From contig JBBSVU010000006.1 of NCBI GenBank assembly GCA_038046645.1, positions 23,404-87,403 on the forward strand: 64,000 nucleotides of DNA. The letters are read 5' to 3'. This DNA is from an archaeon (GTDB lineage: Archaea; Iainarchaeota; Iainarchaeia; Iainarchaeales; 0-14-0-20-34-12). Numbering within the stretch: position 1 is the first letter of the stretch; each line of letters begins with the position of its first letter. A program made the position numbers and the translations under genes. Of this stretch, positions 28,761 to 38,401 are shown in pieces. The notes beneath the pieces were generated by a model, which worked only from the letters and a program-made list of their open reading frames with translations, did no database searches and was not told the origin of the DNA.

Positions 28761-29807
28761 GTGAATATTTCAGAAGCAATTAATTTCTCTATTTTTTCCT
28801 GGATAAGGAAGAAGGAATTTTTTAGCAAAGCATTGCCTTTTTGGGTTTCATTCATTGTTTTTTATGCACTTCTTATTGCATTTGTCCTATACTTCTTTGC
28901 GGATTTATTCTCCGCCTTGGCATCCAACACCTTTGAACAGTACCTTCTTACTTTATTTAAGCCAGCCTATCTTTCAGAATTCCTAGGCAAGATGTTCCTG
29001 GCAATATTCCTTATCCTGATTATAGTTGTTTTATTCTGCGTTGCCATTAATTATTTTTATTTCAAGCTTTTGCAATATGCATTAACCCAAAAAGGGGTAA
29101 AATCGCAGAATCTAACCATAAATCTTTTCATAAGGCTTTTTATCCTTCAAATCCTTGCCTTTTTTGCCTTATTATTTTACCCTCAAGACAAAAAGCTTTT
29201 AGCTATACAATGGCTTAGCCTTATTCTTTTCGTTTTTGCCATACTTTTTAGTTCATTAACCCCCGTTGTTGCAATATTTGGCCTTTGCATATTGCCGTAT
29301 GCCCTTCTTGTAATCCATAATGCCATACGGTATTCACAAACAGTAACCTGCATGCTTGTTGGTAATTCATCCTATTCAGAATCATTGAAAAATTCTTGGA
29401 ATCTTACTGAGAATAGGTTCTGGGAAATACTTTTTACCCAATTTGTTGTCCTTATCGTGATGGCTTTGCTTTTGGCAGGGCTAAGCTTTGTGTTATCTGC
29501 AATTGTGAACATTATCTTAGTATTAGCGGTTCAAAATGAGGTTATCCGCTATATTATTTCTGATTCCTTCTCCAATATTGTATTTGCACCAGTAGGCTAT
29601 TTTGTCCAGGCTTTTCTTTTAGCTTTCATATATTCAAACCTTATTTCGGGAAAAGGCAACCTTTGCTGTGCTGGGGAAAAATCTGAAAAAGAACCCAGTG
29701 AAGAAATCGCTAAAACAGAGGAACATAAAGAAAAGAAAGCTGTTCCTAAGGCTGAAGCAAAAAAGGCTAATTTAACAAAAAATTCAAAACTCAAAACTAA
29801 AAAATAG
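28761..29807 (+). CDS. Multi-pass membrane protein
   Basis: Several hydrophobic segments; SLKNSWNLT motif; charged tail. Confidence 0.75.
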   Translation: MNISEAINFSIFSWIRKKEFFSKALPFWVSFIVFYALLIAFVLYFFADLFSALASNTFEQYLLTLFKPAYLSEFLGKMFLAIFLILIIVVLFCVAINYFYFKLLQYALTQKGVKSQNLTINLFIRLFILQILAFFALLFYPQDKKLLAIQWLSLILFVFAILFSSLTPVVAIFGLCILPYALLVIHNAIRYSQTVTCMLVGNSSYSESLKNSWNLTENRFWEILFTQFVVLIVMALLLAGLSFVLSAIVNIILVLAVQNEVIRYIISDSFSNIVFAPVGYFVQAFLLAFIYSNLISGKGNLCCAGEKSEKEPSEEIAKTEEHKEKKAVPKAEAKKANLTKNSKLKTKK

Positions 29808-29809
29808 AG

Positions 29810-29882
29810 TGCGGCCACCGGGAATCGAACCCGGCTCCCAACCTTGGCAAGGTTGAATCATCAGCCAATAGACCATGGCCGC
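29810..29882 (-). tRNA. tRNA-Gly(GCC)
   Basis: GCGGCCA acceptor, CAACC-TT-GCC-AA-GGTTG, GGTTCGATTCC. Confidence 0.95.
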
Positions 29883-29918
29883 ATTTTTTACTAACTAAAT
29901 AAATTCCTTGAAATAGTA

Positions 29919-30095
29919 TTAAAAACTAATTCTTTTGCTCTTCAGTTCCTTCTTTAGGTTGTGTTTTATCACTGGATCAGTAGTTGTTTCAAGCAATTGC
30001 CTTACATCGTCAGGGCTAACCTCAACAGTCCTGAATACCAATTCTCCGTTTTGCCCTGTTACTAACATATCGATTTTGACCTTCTTGTTTGCCAT
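29919..30095 (-). CDS. Small hypothetical protein (58 aa, not in ORF track)
   Basis: MANKKVKIDMLVTGQNGELVFRTVEV...; protein-like composition filling an intergenic gap. Confidence 0.55.
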   Translation of the reverse strand: MANKKVKIDMLVTGQNGELVFRTVEVSPDDVRQLLETTTDPVIKHNLKKELKSKRISF

Positions 30096-30221
30096 ACATT
30101 AAAAGTATGCCTTTGTTTAATAAAATGCTTTTGAATGGCTTGAACTGATATTCAGTTGTGCCTTATTGCAAAAAATTATCTAGGATTACCCTTTTTATTA
30201 ACAATTAGACATTTACTTATT

Positions 30222-31199
30222 ATGCGTTATTTTACAATAGTTTTGATTTTGATTGTATTTACCCTGCTAGCAGCAACAGCAAGCGCTAAATATTCTTCAA
30301 AAGACTGTTTTTTCAAAGAACATAAATTAAAAATAATCAAACCGCTTTCCTTGGCAAAGGACAACCTTTTAGTTAATGCTATCAATAAAAAAATTACCCC
30401 AATTAATATTTCATTATGCAATTTATCCAATTTTATCGAAAGAAAAACACCGCCAGAAGTTATTGCAACATACTCAGCTGTTTTGCTAAAAGGAAAGCCA
30501 ACAATTAAGGTAGATATTGAGTATTCAAAAAAAATTTCCAAAAAAGAAAATTCACAGAATAAAATCTATCGCCTTTATATTGATCCAGTAACTGCCAATA
30601 TTACTCTAATAAAATACCAGTCAAGGTTAGTTAGAAAGGCGTATTCAAGGTATGCTGCAAATTATTTCCTTTCTGACCGCGATTTGAACCTTTTAAAATA
30701 TTTAATCATGCCAAAAACCGCTATTTTTGCGAAATATTTTAACGAATCTAAATCTACAGATGAAGCATCACCAGAGCAAGCAATGCCACAAGATGATTAT
30801 TTTGAATTCCCGCAAGATGCTAACATATTACAGGGAGATGGGATACACCCAAGTGCCTCAGGGACAAAGGTAATCGCAAACAATAATGTTGCAATTCAAT
30901 TCAACAAAATAGCCATAATAGGCGATTCACAGATATCCTTGCTTTTTGACATTTATATCGGTGAGGAAAAACTGAATATTATGCCATTGATTATTTCAGG
31001 CAGCATCTTTTCATTTGAAGGCAAATTCTATGGCTTGAAGGTGAATGTGGATAAAAGCTATCAGGTGCAAGGCATTCCACTTAAGCAAATTGTCAAATTA
31101 ATTAAAAATTCAAACTATATTTCCATTGAAATTTCCTCGCTTATTTCTGAGAAGGTTACATCCTGTGCAATTTTACAACAAATGTTTAGAAAAAAATGA
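30222..31199 (+). CDS. Secreted hypothetical protein
   Basis: Signal peptide MRYFTIVLILIVFTLLAATASA. Confidence 0.65.
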   Translation: MRYFTIVLILIVFTLLAATASAKYSSKDCFFKEHKLKIIKPLSLAKDNLLVNAINKKITPINISLCNLSNFIERKTPPEVIATYSAVLLKGKPTIKVDIEYSKKISKKENSQNKIYRLYIDPVTANITLIKYQSRLVRKAYSRYAANYFLSDRDLNLLKYLIMPKTAIFAKYFNESKSTDEASPEQAMPQDDYFEFPQDANILQGDGIHPSASGTKVIANNNVAIQFNKIAIIGDSQISLLFDIYIGEEKLNIMPLIISGSIFSFEGKFYGLKVNVDKSYQVQGIPLKQIVKLIKNSNYISIEISSLISEKVTSCAILQQMFRKK

Positions 31200-32409
31200 T
31201 GCAATGTCCTGCAGCTTAATATGCCCAAATATGCCTTTAAATAACCAGGAAAAAATAACAACAGAAAACATTAATTTCTTTTTTTCACAAACATTTGATG
31301 CAGCATTGAAAGAATCAGTTCAAGCGGCCTTTGCAGAGTGTTATCCTAAGGTAAAGAATTATCTCCAAATTATGCCATATTCAAAATTAAATGTTAAAGC
31401 ATATTCCAAGCAAGATTGCCCTGACTGCACTTATTATGTCACAAATATCGGTGGAATTGATTTAACCTTGTATGAACAACAAGAATGCGGTGAAACATTT
31501 GCCCATGAGCTTACCCATTATTTTAATTATGCCAGCTCTCTTTCCCCTAATATTCTTGAAGAAGGCAGAGCAGTATTTATTTCAAAAGACATTGTTTCTG
31601 AAAATCAGGGGATGCAATCAAGCAAGGGCATAGATTGCTTGGCTGATTCATGGAAATATTCAGGGGAAAAGCCATTATCTGAAAAGATTGGGGAAGAGAC
31701 CGTTTGTGTTAATAATGCTACATCCAATTGCGGCAAAAAAACACTTTGGCAGATCGTAAATACCCCAGTATCTTTACTGACAAAAACATTTTCTAATGGT
31801 TACACCTTGAAGGTACAGGATTATTCATCCAATAAATTATCTTTTGACCTTTTTGATGAAGCAAATCAATTTTTGGAAAATGTAACATTAAAGCCATTGG
31901 AGTTTTTTGAAGGAAATAATTTCTTAGTCCATTTCGGCAAAATTATTACCCCATCTCCAATAAATCAGCAAATAGTACTGTTATTGATGCTTGATGATTA
32001 TAATTTACAGTGCTTTGTTGAAAATAAGCAGCAGTGCAATGTAAAAGCATCAAGCTGGCCGGAGAATAAATTTGCAAAGCTTGAAGAAGCGACATATTCA
32101 ATCAATTCTTTGAATACTGGATATTGTTTCTTCAAAGCCCTTAATTCTTTAAGTGCGGGCATTGTTAAAGCGTTATCTGAAAAAATGGCGTCTTCAAGAA
32201 ATGACTTCAAGGTATTCTGCACTGAAGATTTTCTTAAAACAAAGATTCAGCCATCAGATTTAAACATATTAAAGCAAAAATACGGCCTTGAAACTTATAT
32301 TGACCAATGCAAATTTTCAGCAATCCCGGCAGCACTTTTAGGCTGCCCAATGAACCTTGGATGTTACAGCTATTATGACCCTGTACAAGGTTGGGTTAAT
32401 ATTGAATAA
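31126..32409 (+). CDS. Cys-rich zincin-like metallopeptidase domain protein (possibly frameshifted continuation of upstream ORF)
   Basis: FAHELTHY...LEEGRA gluzincin-like motif. Confidence 0.65.
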   Translation: MKFPRLFLRRLHPVQFYNKCLEKNDAMSCSLICPNMPLNNQEKITTENINFFFSQTFDAALKESVQAAFAECYPKVKNYLQIMPYSKLNVKAYSKQDCPDCTYYVTNIGGIDLTLYEQQECGETFAHELTHYFNYASSLSPNILEEGRAVFISKDIVSENQGMQSSKGIDCLADSWKYSGEKPLSEKIGEETVCVNNATSNCGKKTLWQIVNTPVSLLTKTFSNGYTLKVQDYSSNKLSFDLFDEANQFLENVTLKPLEFFEGNNFLVHFGKIITPSPINQQIVLLLMLDDYNLQCFVENKQQCNVKASSWPENKFAKLEEATYSINSLNTGYCFFKALNSLSAGIVKALSEKMASSRNDFKVFCTEDFLKTKIQPSDLNILKQKYGLETYIDQCKFSAIPAALLGCPMNLGCYSYYDPVQGWVNIE

Positions 32410-32428
32410 TTCAGGGGAAATCTACTCT
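32410..32428 (+). promoter_or_regulatory. Conserved 19-bp operator upstream of LAGLIDADG gene
   Basis: TTCAGGGGAAATCTACTCT then 9 nt then AATTTAAA; identical to the radA copy over 27 nt. Confidence 0.85.
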
Positions 32429-32466
32429 TCCAAAGCTAATTTAAATGATAAAAAGCAACAATAACT

Positions 32467-33255
32467 ATGAATCTTTCTTTGATGTCTATTGAATATTTAA
32501 CTAATTCATTGTTAGATCCAAAAGTAATCACAAGAGAAGTAAAAGTCACTAAAAGAGATGCTTACTTTGATTTTATTGTTTATAGGAATGCAAGACGTTC
32601 GAGAATTCCGTTTGAACTTAATTCATCCATTGCATATCTTTGTGGAGTTATTTTAGGGGACGGTAGCATATCACTAATTCATAGGAAAAAAGTAAATACC
32701 GTTCTACCTTATACCTTTCTAAAAATATTCAACCAATCATTACCATTCTTACTTCAAATTAATCGCCTTTTTAAAGAAAATTTTGGGACTGAAGGCAAAC
32801 TATATAAAAAAAATTATTGTAACTGTTATGTTCTTCAAGTTTCTAATAAAATAGTTTGGTTATATTTTGTTAAACTACTTGGTTTGCCTATTGGTAAAAA
32901 AAGCAACATTAGTATTCCCCGATCTTTATTAAATAAGAATATTTTCAAATATTTTGTTGCAGGTCTAATGGATACTGATGGTTATTTTTCAGAAAACTCC
33001 TTTGGAATAATGCTTTCTGGATCTAATTTGATTTTTTTGGAGTCAATAAAAAAATATTGCAAGTGCTTTTATGGCATTAATTTTAGAAAAACTAATATAA
33101 ATACTTTAGAAGTTAATGGTAAATTATTTCAAAGAGCGCAGATAACTACTTCTGCGAATTCCATGAATACGTTTAAAGGAATAATTCCCCTATGTCATGA
33201 AAAATGGGATGGGCCCGGTGAGGATCGAACTCACGAGTTCCACCGTACCCAGTGA
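32467..33255 (+). CDS. Free-standing LAGLIDADG endonuclease-like protein
   Basis: AYLCGVILGDGSI and YFVAGLMDTDGY motifs; 3' end runs antisense into tRNA-Val. Confidence 0.88.
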   Translation: MNLSLMSIEYLTNSLLDPKVITREVKVTKRDAYFDFIVYRNARRSRIPFELNSSIAYLCGVILGDGSISLIHRKKVNTVLPYTFLKIFNQSLPFLLQINRLFKENFGTEGKLYKKNYCNCYVLQVSNKIVWLYFVKLLGLPIGKKSNISIPRSLLNKNIFKYFVAGLMDTDGYFSENSFGIMLSGSNLIFLESIKKYCKCFYGINFRKTNINTLEVNGKLFQRAQITTSANSMNTFKGIIPLCHEKWDGPGEDRTHEFHRTQ

Positions 33256-33326
33256 TTAAACTTGTAAGGGTTACGCACCCCCCATTTCTGGAAGATTTGG
33301 CGTCCTAACCACTAGACCACGAGCCC
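33210..33326 (-). tRNA. tRNA-Val(TAC) with two introns
   Basis: GGGCTCG acceptor; CCA[27 nt]CC-CT-TAC-A[17 nt]C-GGTGG; removing both gives 73 nt. Confidence 0.82.
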
Positions 33327-33445
33327 ATATCATTTTCTTCTTTATTCCAAAGAAGAATGATAGTCCATTATATTATACGAATAGCAATATTTAAATATAA
33401 AAGTCTTCTATTACTAATAATATTTATATGATTGGTGGTGTAAAA

Positions 33446-33847
33446 ATGCAAGGCTTAATGAATGTAAGGGTTGCTGGTCAGCAAATTCAGCTGATTAAGC
33501 TAATGGGCGCGTTCGTGATATTTGCTGCAATACTGATGTTTTTCATGGCTGCAGCCGAGATGTTTGAATATTGGGGCAATATCAAAACAATTGACAGCTG
33601 TTTAGGCATTGCAAAAGGGGATGTAGACTTCTTCAAGGAATGCAAAACAATGGCTTTTGAAGCCTTTGGCGTTTTTGTAAAGCCAGACCAGTCTGCCTTA
33701 AATGGCAAGCAGCTTTATATTGTTTTGATTAAACCTGTAGCATCCTTATTCATCTGGATTGCAATTTTAATCCTGGGATTCATAATATATGGTTTGCCAT
33801 CAAAGGTAATGGTTCCAGTAAAAAAAGACTTTAAAGTAAAAAAATAG
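33446..33847 (+). CDS. Two-TM hypothetical protein
   Basis: Two hydrophobic segments flanking a Cys pair; GGTG RBS. Confidence 0.7.
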   Translation: MQGLMNVRVAGQQIQLIKLMGAFVIFAAILMFFMAAAEMFEYWGNIKTIDSCLGIAKGDVDFFKECKTMAFEAFGVFVKPDQSALNGKQLYIVLIKPVASLFIWIAILILGFIIYGLPSKVMVPVKKDFKVKK

Positions 33848-33911
33848 AAAAATAAATTAAAGGGAAGTATTCCTTCCCTCTTTTTCAAATTTTAATTTTT
33901 AGTTGTCGCTT

Positions 33912-35159
33912 TTACTCTGCAGCAATAATTCTTGTTTTATTGCCTTCTTTTACATTGCCTTTCTTAATCCCGACAAGGAAATCCACATTGGATTCTTCGC
34001 AAGTATCCAATAATCTCTTTGTTATGATTCCATCGAAGACAACAGCCTTAATCCCCTTTTCTTTAGTAATGCTTTTTACCAAATCGCGGACATTTACTGT
34101 TTCTATTTCTTCATGTGCTGCATTTAGCAATTTTGCTGTCAGGCTTCCTTTTATTGAAGCCAGGATTGTTGGGAATTTGTCTGGCATTGGAGCTTCAACA
34201 GCAGCTGCTGTTTCAACAACCGGTTCGGCTGCTTGCTCTGTTAACCCTTCTGCTGGTCTTTCAAAGCTCTCAGGCCTTTCAATCCTTTCAGGTCTTGGTT
34301 CATATGATGGCCTGTATTCCGCTTGCTCATATCTTTCCCTTGGATTTTGGGCAGCAGCGAATTTCTTTCTTAAGGCCATTTCTATTTCCTTCCTTGTTAA
34401 TTCCTCTACTTCTTTGCCATCAGGTGCCCTAGCTATATAATCTATTTTTGCGGAACCCATCAATTTTCTGATTATTAAATCTCCGCCCCTGTCCCCATCT
34501 ATGAATGCTATCACTTGTTTCTTCTTTGCTAGTTCAGCAATGCTTGGTGGAATATTTCCGCCCTGCATCCCAACAACATTTTTGATGTTGTGCTTTAGCA
34601 TGTTCAAGACATCAGCCCTTCCTTCAACCAAAATTATTGAATCGCTTTCTTCAATTGAAGGGCCAGCAGGCAGCTTATCTTTGCCATAACTTGTTACTTG
34701 GCTTTTCTTTACTTCTTCCTTTACCCTATCTGCTATTTCAGTAGAGTCAGGCATTTCTTCATGCAATAATTTTTGCAATAAAGCAACAGCCCTTTGTGTA
34801 ATAAATTCTCTCTTCTTTGACCTCATATCCTGTATGCTCACTGCCTTGAATACTGATTTGTAAGGCCCTACCTTATCAACAGTTTCAATTGCTGCTGCAA
34901 GTATGCATGTTTCAACCATGTCCATTGAACTTGGTATGATTAAATCACCAAAAGTATTGCCTTCCTGCAATCTTTGGTTTATTTCAATCCTTCCAATCTT
35001 GCCAGAGTTTTGCAATTCCCTAAGGTCTAAATCCTCGCCAACAAGGCCTTCACTCTGACCAAATACTGCTCCAACAATATCGTGCTTTTCTACTATGCCC
35101 TCAATCCTGAAGTTTACCAAAACTTCATATTTGGCAGTATTAATATATGTTTTTGCCAT
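33912..35159 (-). CDS. dnaG: Archaeal DnaG (TOPRIM, exosome-associated)
   Basis: DIVGAVFGQSEGL, LVEGRADV, DGDRGG, DGKEVEEL. Confidence 0.95.
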   Translation of the reverse strand: MAKTYINTAKYEVLVNFRIEGIVEKHDIVGAVFGQSEGLVGEDLDLRELQNSGKIGRIEINQRLQEGNTFGDLIIPSSMDMVETCILAAAIETVDKVGPYKSVFKAVSIQDMRSKKREFITQRAVALLQKLLHEEMPDSTEIADRVKEEVKKSQVTSYGKDKLPAGPSIEESDSIILVEGRADVLNMLKHNIKNVVGMQGGNIPPSIAELAKKKQVIAFIDGDRGGDLIIRKLMGSAKIDYIARAPDGKEVEELTRKEIEMALRKKFAAAQNPRERYEQAEYRPSYEPRPERIERPESFERPAEGLTEQAAEPVVETAAAVEAPMPDKFPTILASIKGSLTAKLLNAAHEEIETVNVRDLVKSITKEKGIKAVVFDGIITKRLLDTCEESNVDFLVGIKKGNVKEGNKTRIIAAE

Positions 35160-35228
35160 AAATTCACCTTTTTTGTATATTATTCAAACTTTACTTCAGA
35201 TAAAAAATTAATTTTACAAAAGTAAAAT

Positions 35229-35492
35229 TTATTCTAGAGAATTAGAGTTTAATTTTAAGGAATTTAACATATCCGCAGTACAATCAAGGCCAATGGCCTT
35301 GTTCTTGCTTGTTTTTCCTTTTAAAATCCTTACTTCACAATTACAAAGCTTCCGCAATTCCTTAACAAGCTCAAGATTTGCCTTGCCCTCTTCAGGCCTT
35401 GATTTCAGATGAATTTTAAATAAATCCTTATCAGAATCAAAGCAAATCCCAAAGCCTTTGCTGTTAGGAATCACTTTAGCGTTAATTATCAT
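35229..35492 (-). CDS. DUF167 (YggU-like) protein
   Basis: KVIPNS, PEEGKAN.EL, GKTSKNK. Confidence 0.85.
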   Translation of the reverse strand: MIINAKVIPNSKGFGICFDSDKDLFKIHLKSRPEEGKANLELVKELRKLCNCEVRILKGKTSKNKAIGLDCTADMLNSLKLNSNSLE

Positions 35493-35610
35493 AGATATTA
35501 AGAATGATCAATTAAACTCTAAATCTTCCAATAAACATTACAGTGCTAGACACTGATTTATATATGTTTATAATTACTCCCTATTACATTCAATTAAAAA
35601 AGGTATTCTA

Positions 35611-36003
35611 ATGGCCTATTACGACAAAGGAGCTAATGCAGAAAGGGAATTGCTTTATTTATTTGCAGAAAGAGGCTTTTCCGTGGTTAGATCTGCAGGA
35701 TCTGGCAAAATAGACCTTCCAACGCCAGATATAGTTGCAATGAGCCCCCGAAATCAGTATGCTATAGAATGCAAGGCACAAGCTGGTGCCTATTTGAATA
35801 TAAAGAATGAGCAGATGTTTGAGCTTATAAAATGGGCAAAGAATGCCTGCATTGACTTGTGTATTGCATGGAAGATTACAAGCAAGGGTTGGCGTTTCCT
35901 AAAGCCTGAACAATTCAAGCAGAACAAGAAAGGTTTTTTGATCTCAAAAGATGATGCTTTGGAAAACGGCCTTTCGCTGGAAGATTTTATCAGGCAGAAC
36001 TAA
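35611..36003 (+). CDS. hjc: Holliday junction resolvase Hjc
   Basis: KGANAEREL, GFSVVRSAGS, PDIVA, IECK. Confidence 0.93.
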   Translation: MAYYDKGANAERELLYLFAERGFSVVRSAGSGKIDLPTPDIVAMSPRNQYAIECKAQAGAYLNIKNEQMFELIKWAKNACIDLCIAWKITSKGWRFLKPEQFKQNKKGFLISKDDALENGLSLEDFIRQN

Positions 36004-36099
36004 CTTTGCAATTTCTCAGATGTGCTTAATCAGCCCTAATTTTTATGTGCTTGGTCTTCCCCCTTTACTTATAAAAATTGATTGATTCCCCTATTTTAT

Positions 36100-37038
36100 A
36101 TGCCAAACCTGAGGAGATTTTTTTCAGGGAAAAAGCCAAAATCTTTGCCGTCCGGCGTTTCAAAAAAAGACAGGCAGAGATATAAAAGCCTGAAAGGCAG
36201 AAGGATTCCAAAAAGACCTTCTGTGGGGGGGGCAAAATTGGAAAAAGGTCTTTCCCTGGCAACAAGAACAAAATTATTGGCCCCGAAGATTGAAGAATTT
36301 CTGCGAGGAAAAACCAAAGGTAGGAATCTTCTTTATGCTGATACTCTTAGCTGGTCTCTTCGACGCGTTCTATTTACTATTTTTGAAACAGTTGGTGAAG
36401 GTTTGCCAAGGGAAGTTTTTGACAGATCATTACCTGAAATATTCGCTCAAGCCGTTAGGCAGAAAGGAATAAGGTCAATTGCTGAAGTAGGTGCAGGAGA
36501 AACAGGAATTTTGACCGAAGCAAATGATTTGCTTGGGAAATCTAGAGTAAAAAGATATTCTGTTGGTGGAATGTCTGATCGTGAAAAATCTGCTTGCCGA
36601 AGATTGGGCATTGAAGTTATTCCAGAATATGCGGGGGATTTATCTAGAAGACATAAAGGAAAATGTGATCTCATAGTCGCAAGCAATGTATTCAGTTTTG
36701 GTGGTTCAGATGCCGGAGTTGGTAGTAATTCAATGAATAGGGCTTTTCTACAAAATACTAAAGCAGTTGTTGATTTGATTAAAACTTTAAGCAATAACCC
36801 AAATGCAAGGATTGTTTTGACAGAAGCAGAAGATTGTTTATTATTAGCTAGAAAAGAAATTGAGAGATATGCTAGAGTTGAAAGATGGCAACAAACAGAT
36901 ATGCCCAATGCACGTTATATTAGGGATCCTTTTTTCATAGAATTAAATGCAAGAAAAGCAGGCGGTCCTGCCCTTGCAAGAAAAATGAAAGAAGCACCAA
37001 ATATTGTTGTGCTTGCCCCACCACGTAAAATTCAATGA
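36100..37038 (+). CDS. Orphan with basic N-terminus and SAM-methyltransferase-like fold
   Basis: SIAEVGAGETG motif I, CDLIVASNVF motif; Arg/Lys/Pro-rich leader. Confidence 0.55.
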   Translation: MPNLRRFFSGKKPKSLPSGVSKKDRQRYKSLKGRRIPKRPSVGGAKLEKGLSLATRTKLLAPKIEEFLRGKTKGRNLLYADTLSWSLRRVLFTIFETVGEGLPREVFDRSLPEIFAQAVRQKGIRSIAEVGAGETGILTEANDLLGKSRVKRYSVGGMSDREKSACRRLGIEVIPEYAGDLSRRHKGKCDLIVASNVFSFGGSDAGVGSNSMNRAFLQNTKAVVDLIKTLSNNPNARIVLTEAEDCLLLARKEIERYARVERWQQTDMPNARYIRDPFFIELNARKAGGPALARKMKEAPNIVVLAPPRKIQ

Positions 37039-37123
37039 ATTTTAAATGGAAAGAAAAAATAAACCCAAGAGTTTACTAATTTCAGCAAGTTAAAATAAAA
37101 GCTATTTGTTACTAGTTTTTTAT

Positions 37124-37276
37124 ATGAACAAAATAAAATGTATTTGTGGAAAAGCAGCCAATCAAAAAGATTTCAATATCCAAGGTTTTCAAGTAAAAGG
37201 CTGGCAGTGCCCAAGTTGCAAAAGGATTGAATATTCAGATGATATAAATAAAGTTTTGGTTATTCAAAAAGCGTAG
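37124..37276 (+). CDS. Small Zn-ribbon protein or gene fragment (50 aa)
   Basis: MNKIKCICG...GWQCPSCKR. Confidence 0.45.
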   Translation: MNKIKCICGKAANQKDFNIQGFQVKGWQCPSCKRIEYSDDINKVLVIQKA

Positions 37277-37386
37277 AAAATTATTGAATGTACTTTCTTA
37301 GCATCTATTTCTTTTTTAGCAATAGTTTCTTTTCTCTTGCAGACCTATTTTCTCTTTTCTTTTTTAAAGAAAAGAGAAAACGGTAA

Positions 37387-37489
37387 CGAGCCCGCTGGGA
37401 TTCGAACCCAGGACACCCAGATTAAGAGTTTCACCTCATGTTATAATCAAATAACAGAACTGGTGCTCTGCCAACTGAGCTACGGGCCC
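37387..37489 (-). tRNA. tRNA-Lys(CTT) with 30-nt noncanonical intron at 30/31
   Basis: GGGCCCG acceptor; CCAG[37430-37459]A-CT-CTT-AA-TCTGG; GGTTCGAATCC. Confidence 0.9.
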
Positions 37490-37533
37490 ATTGCACAAAA
37501 TACCTTTTCTGGGTAGTGTTTAAAAATAGAACT

Positions 37534-37719
37534 TTAGTGCTTTGATTCCTTGTTCATTGCCTTTTCCTTTTCTTCCTCATCAAGCAAAGATTTCACTTTT
37601 TTCAGGCGTTCTATGGCTTCCTTAATTAAGACCCTTCTTCTTACGCTGTTTTCAGCCAAAGACCTTCTTTCCAATTCAACAATAATCTGCTCTAATTCAA
37701 GAAACATCATAGAAATCAA
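37534..37719 (-). CDS. Small helical hypothetical protein
   Basis: 61-aa charged helical ORF. Confidence 0.45.
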   Translation of the reverse strand: MISMMFLELEQIIVELERRSLAENSVRRRVLIKEAIERLKKVKSLLDEEEKEKAMNKESKH

Positions 37720-37765
37720 TATCAGTATAATAAAACAGAACTTTTAAATAATCACTCTTTTGAAT

Positions 37766-38320
37766 CTAATGCAATAACAATCTCCTGCTTAATCTTGCAG
37801 TTTTGGCACCAACAGCTTCTTTTCTTTTTTTAAACTCGCTCACTTCTTTTGGTTTAAAATAGGATACATCGGTTCTGGCGTGTGCGGATAAATTATAGTC
37901 ACCCTTTAAAACAATAATTCCTATTGAAGGAAAATTTTTTCTTAATCTCTCCATCGCTTCTGCACAACACCGCTCTTTATATAATCCTGCTAAAAGAACC
38001 CTTGTTGGGGCAATTCCTAATTCAGCACAGCGAGCTTCCATATTTTTTGGCTCTTCTGTGCCGTGCAGCAAATGAAATCTTCCTTTTTCAATTCCCATTC
38101 TTTTGAAAAAGCGGTCCATTCTTTTTTCTTGGTACTCATTAATAACTTCCCAAAAAACAGGCAAATTATGTTCTCCTGCAAACCTTAAAAGTTTTTCAAT
38201 TTTCTTTAAATGGTTAAGGTCTTTAGCTTCGAGCGGGTGGTTAATTACCTCTGGTTCTGGTTTTTGTGAAGGGCTATGCACTATGTAAACAACAGGGCCT
38301 TTGTAATTTGCAGTTGTCAT
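37766..38320 (-). CDS. Orphan, possible degenerate isochorismatase/cysteine-hydrolase fold
   Basis: LPVFW and VLLAGLYKERCC resemble family motifs. Confidence 0.45.
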   Translation of the reverse strand: MTTANYKGPVVYIVHSPSQKPEPEVINHPLEAKDLNHLKKIEKLLRFAGEHNLPVFWEVINEYQEKRMDRFFKRMGIEKGRFHLLHGTEEPKNMEARCAELGIAPTRVLLAGLYKERCCAEAMERLRKNFPSIGIIVLKGDYNLSAHARTDVSYFKPKEVSEFKKRKEAVGAKTARLSRRLLLH

Positions 38321-38401
38321 ACTTGAATAAGCAGCATAAAATTAAAAAGAACCTTGATTTTCTGAAGTTCAAATTCAGTTGGATGAACTAAGTAAAATAT
38401 G

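Noticed and set aside
35541..35555. CAGTG-N5-CACTG dyad before hjc as a member of the repair regulon
   Set aside because: Does not match the 19-bp motif; a single 5-bp-arm dyad could be chance.
29810..37489. Integrated provirus or island at the tRNAs
   Set aside because: No integrase, no att duplication seen, and core genes (dnaG, hjc) lie between the tRNAs.
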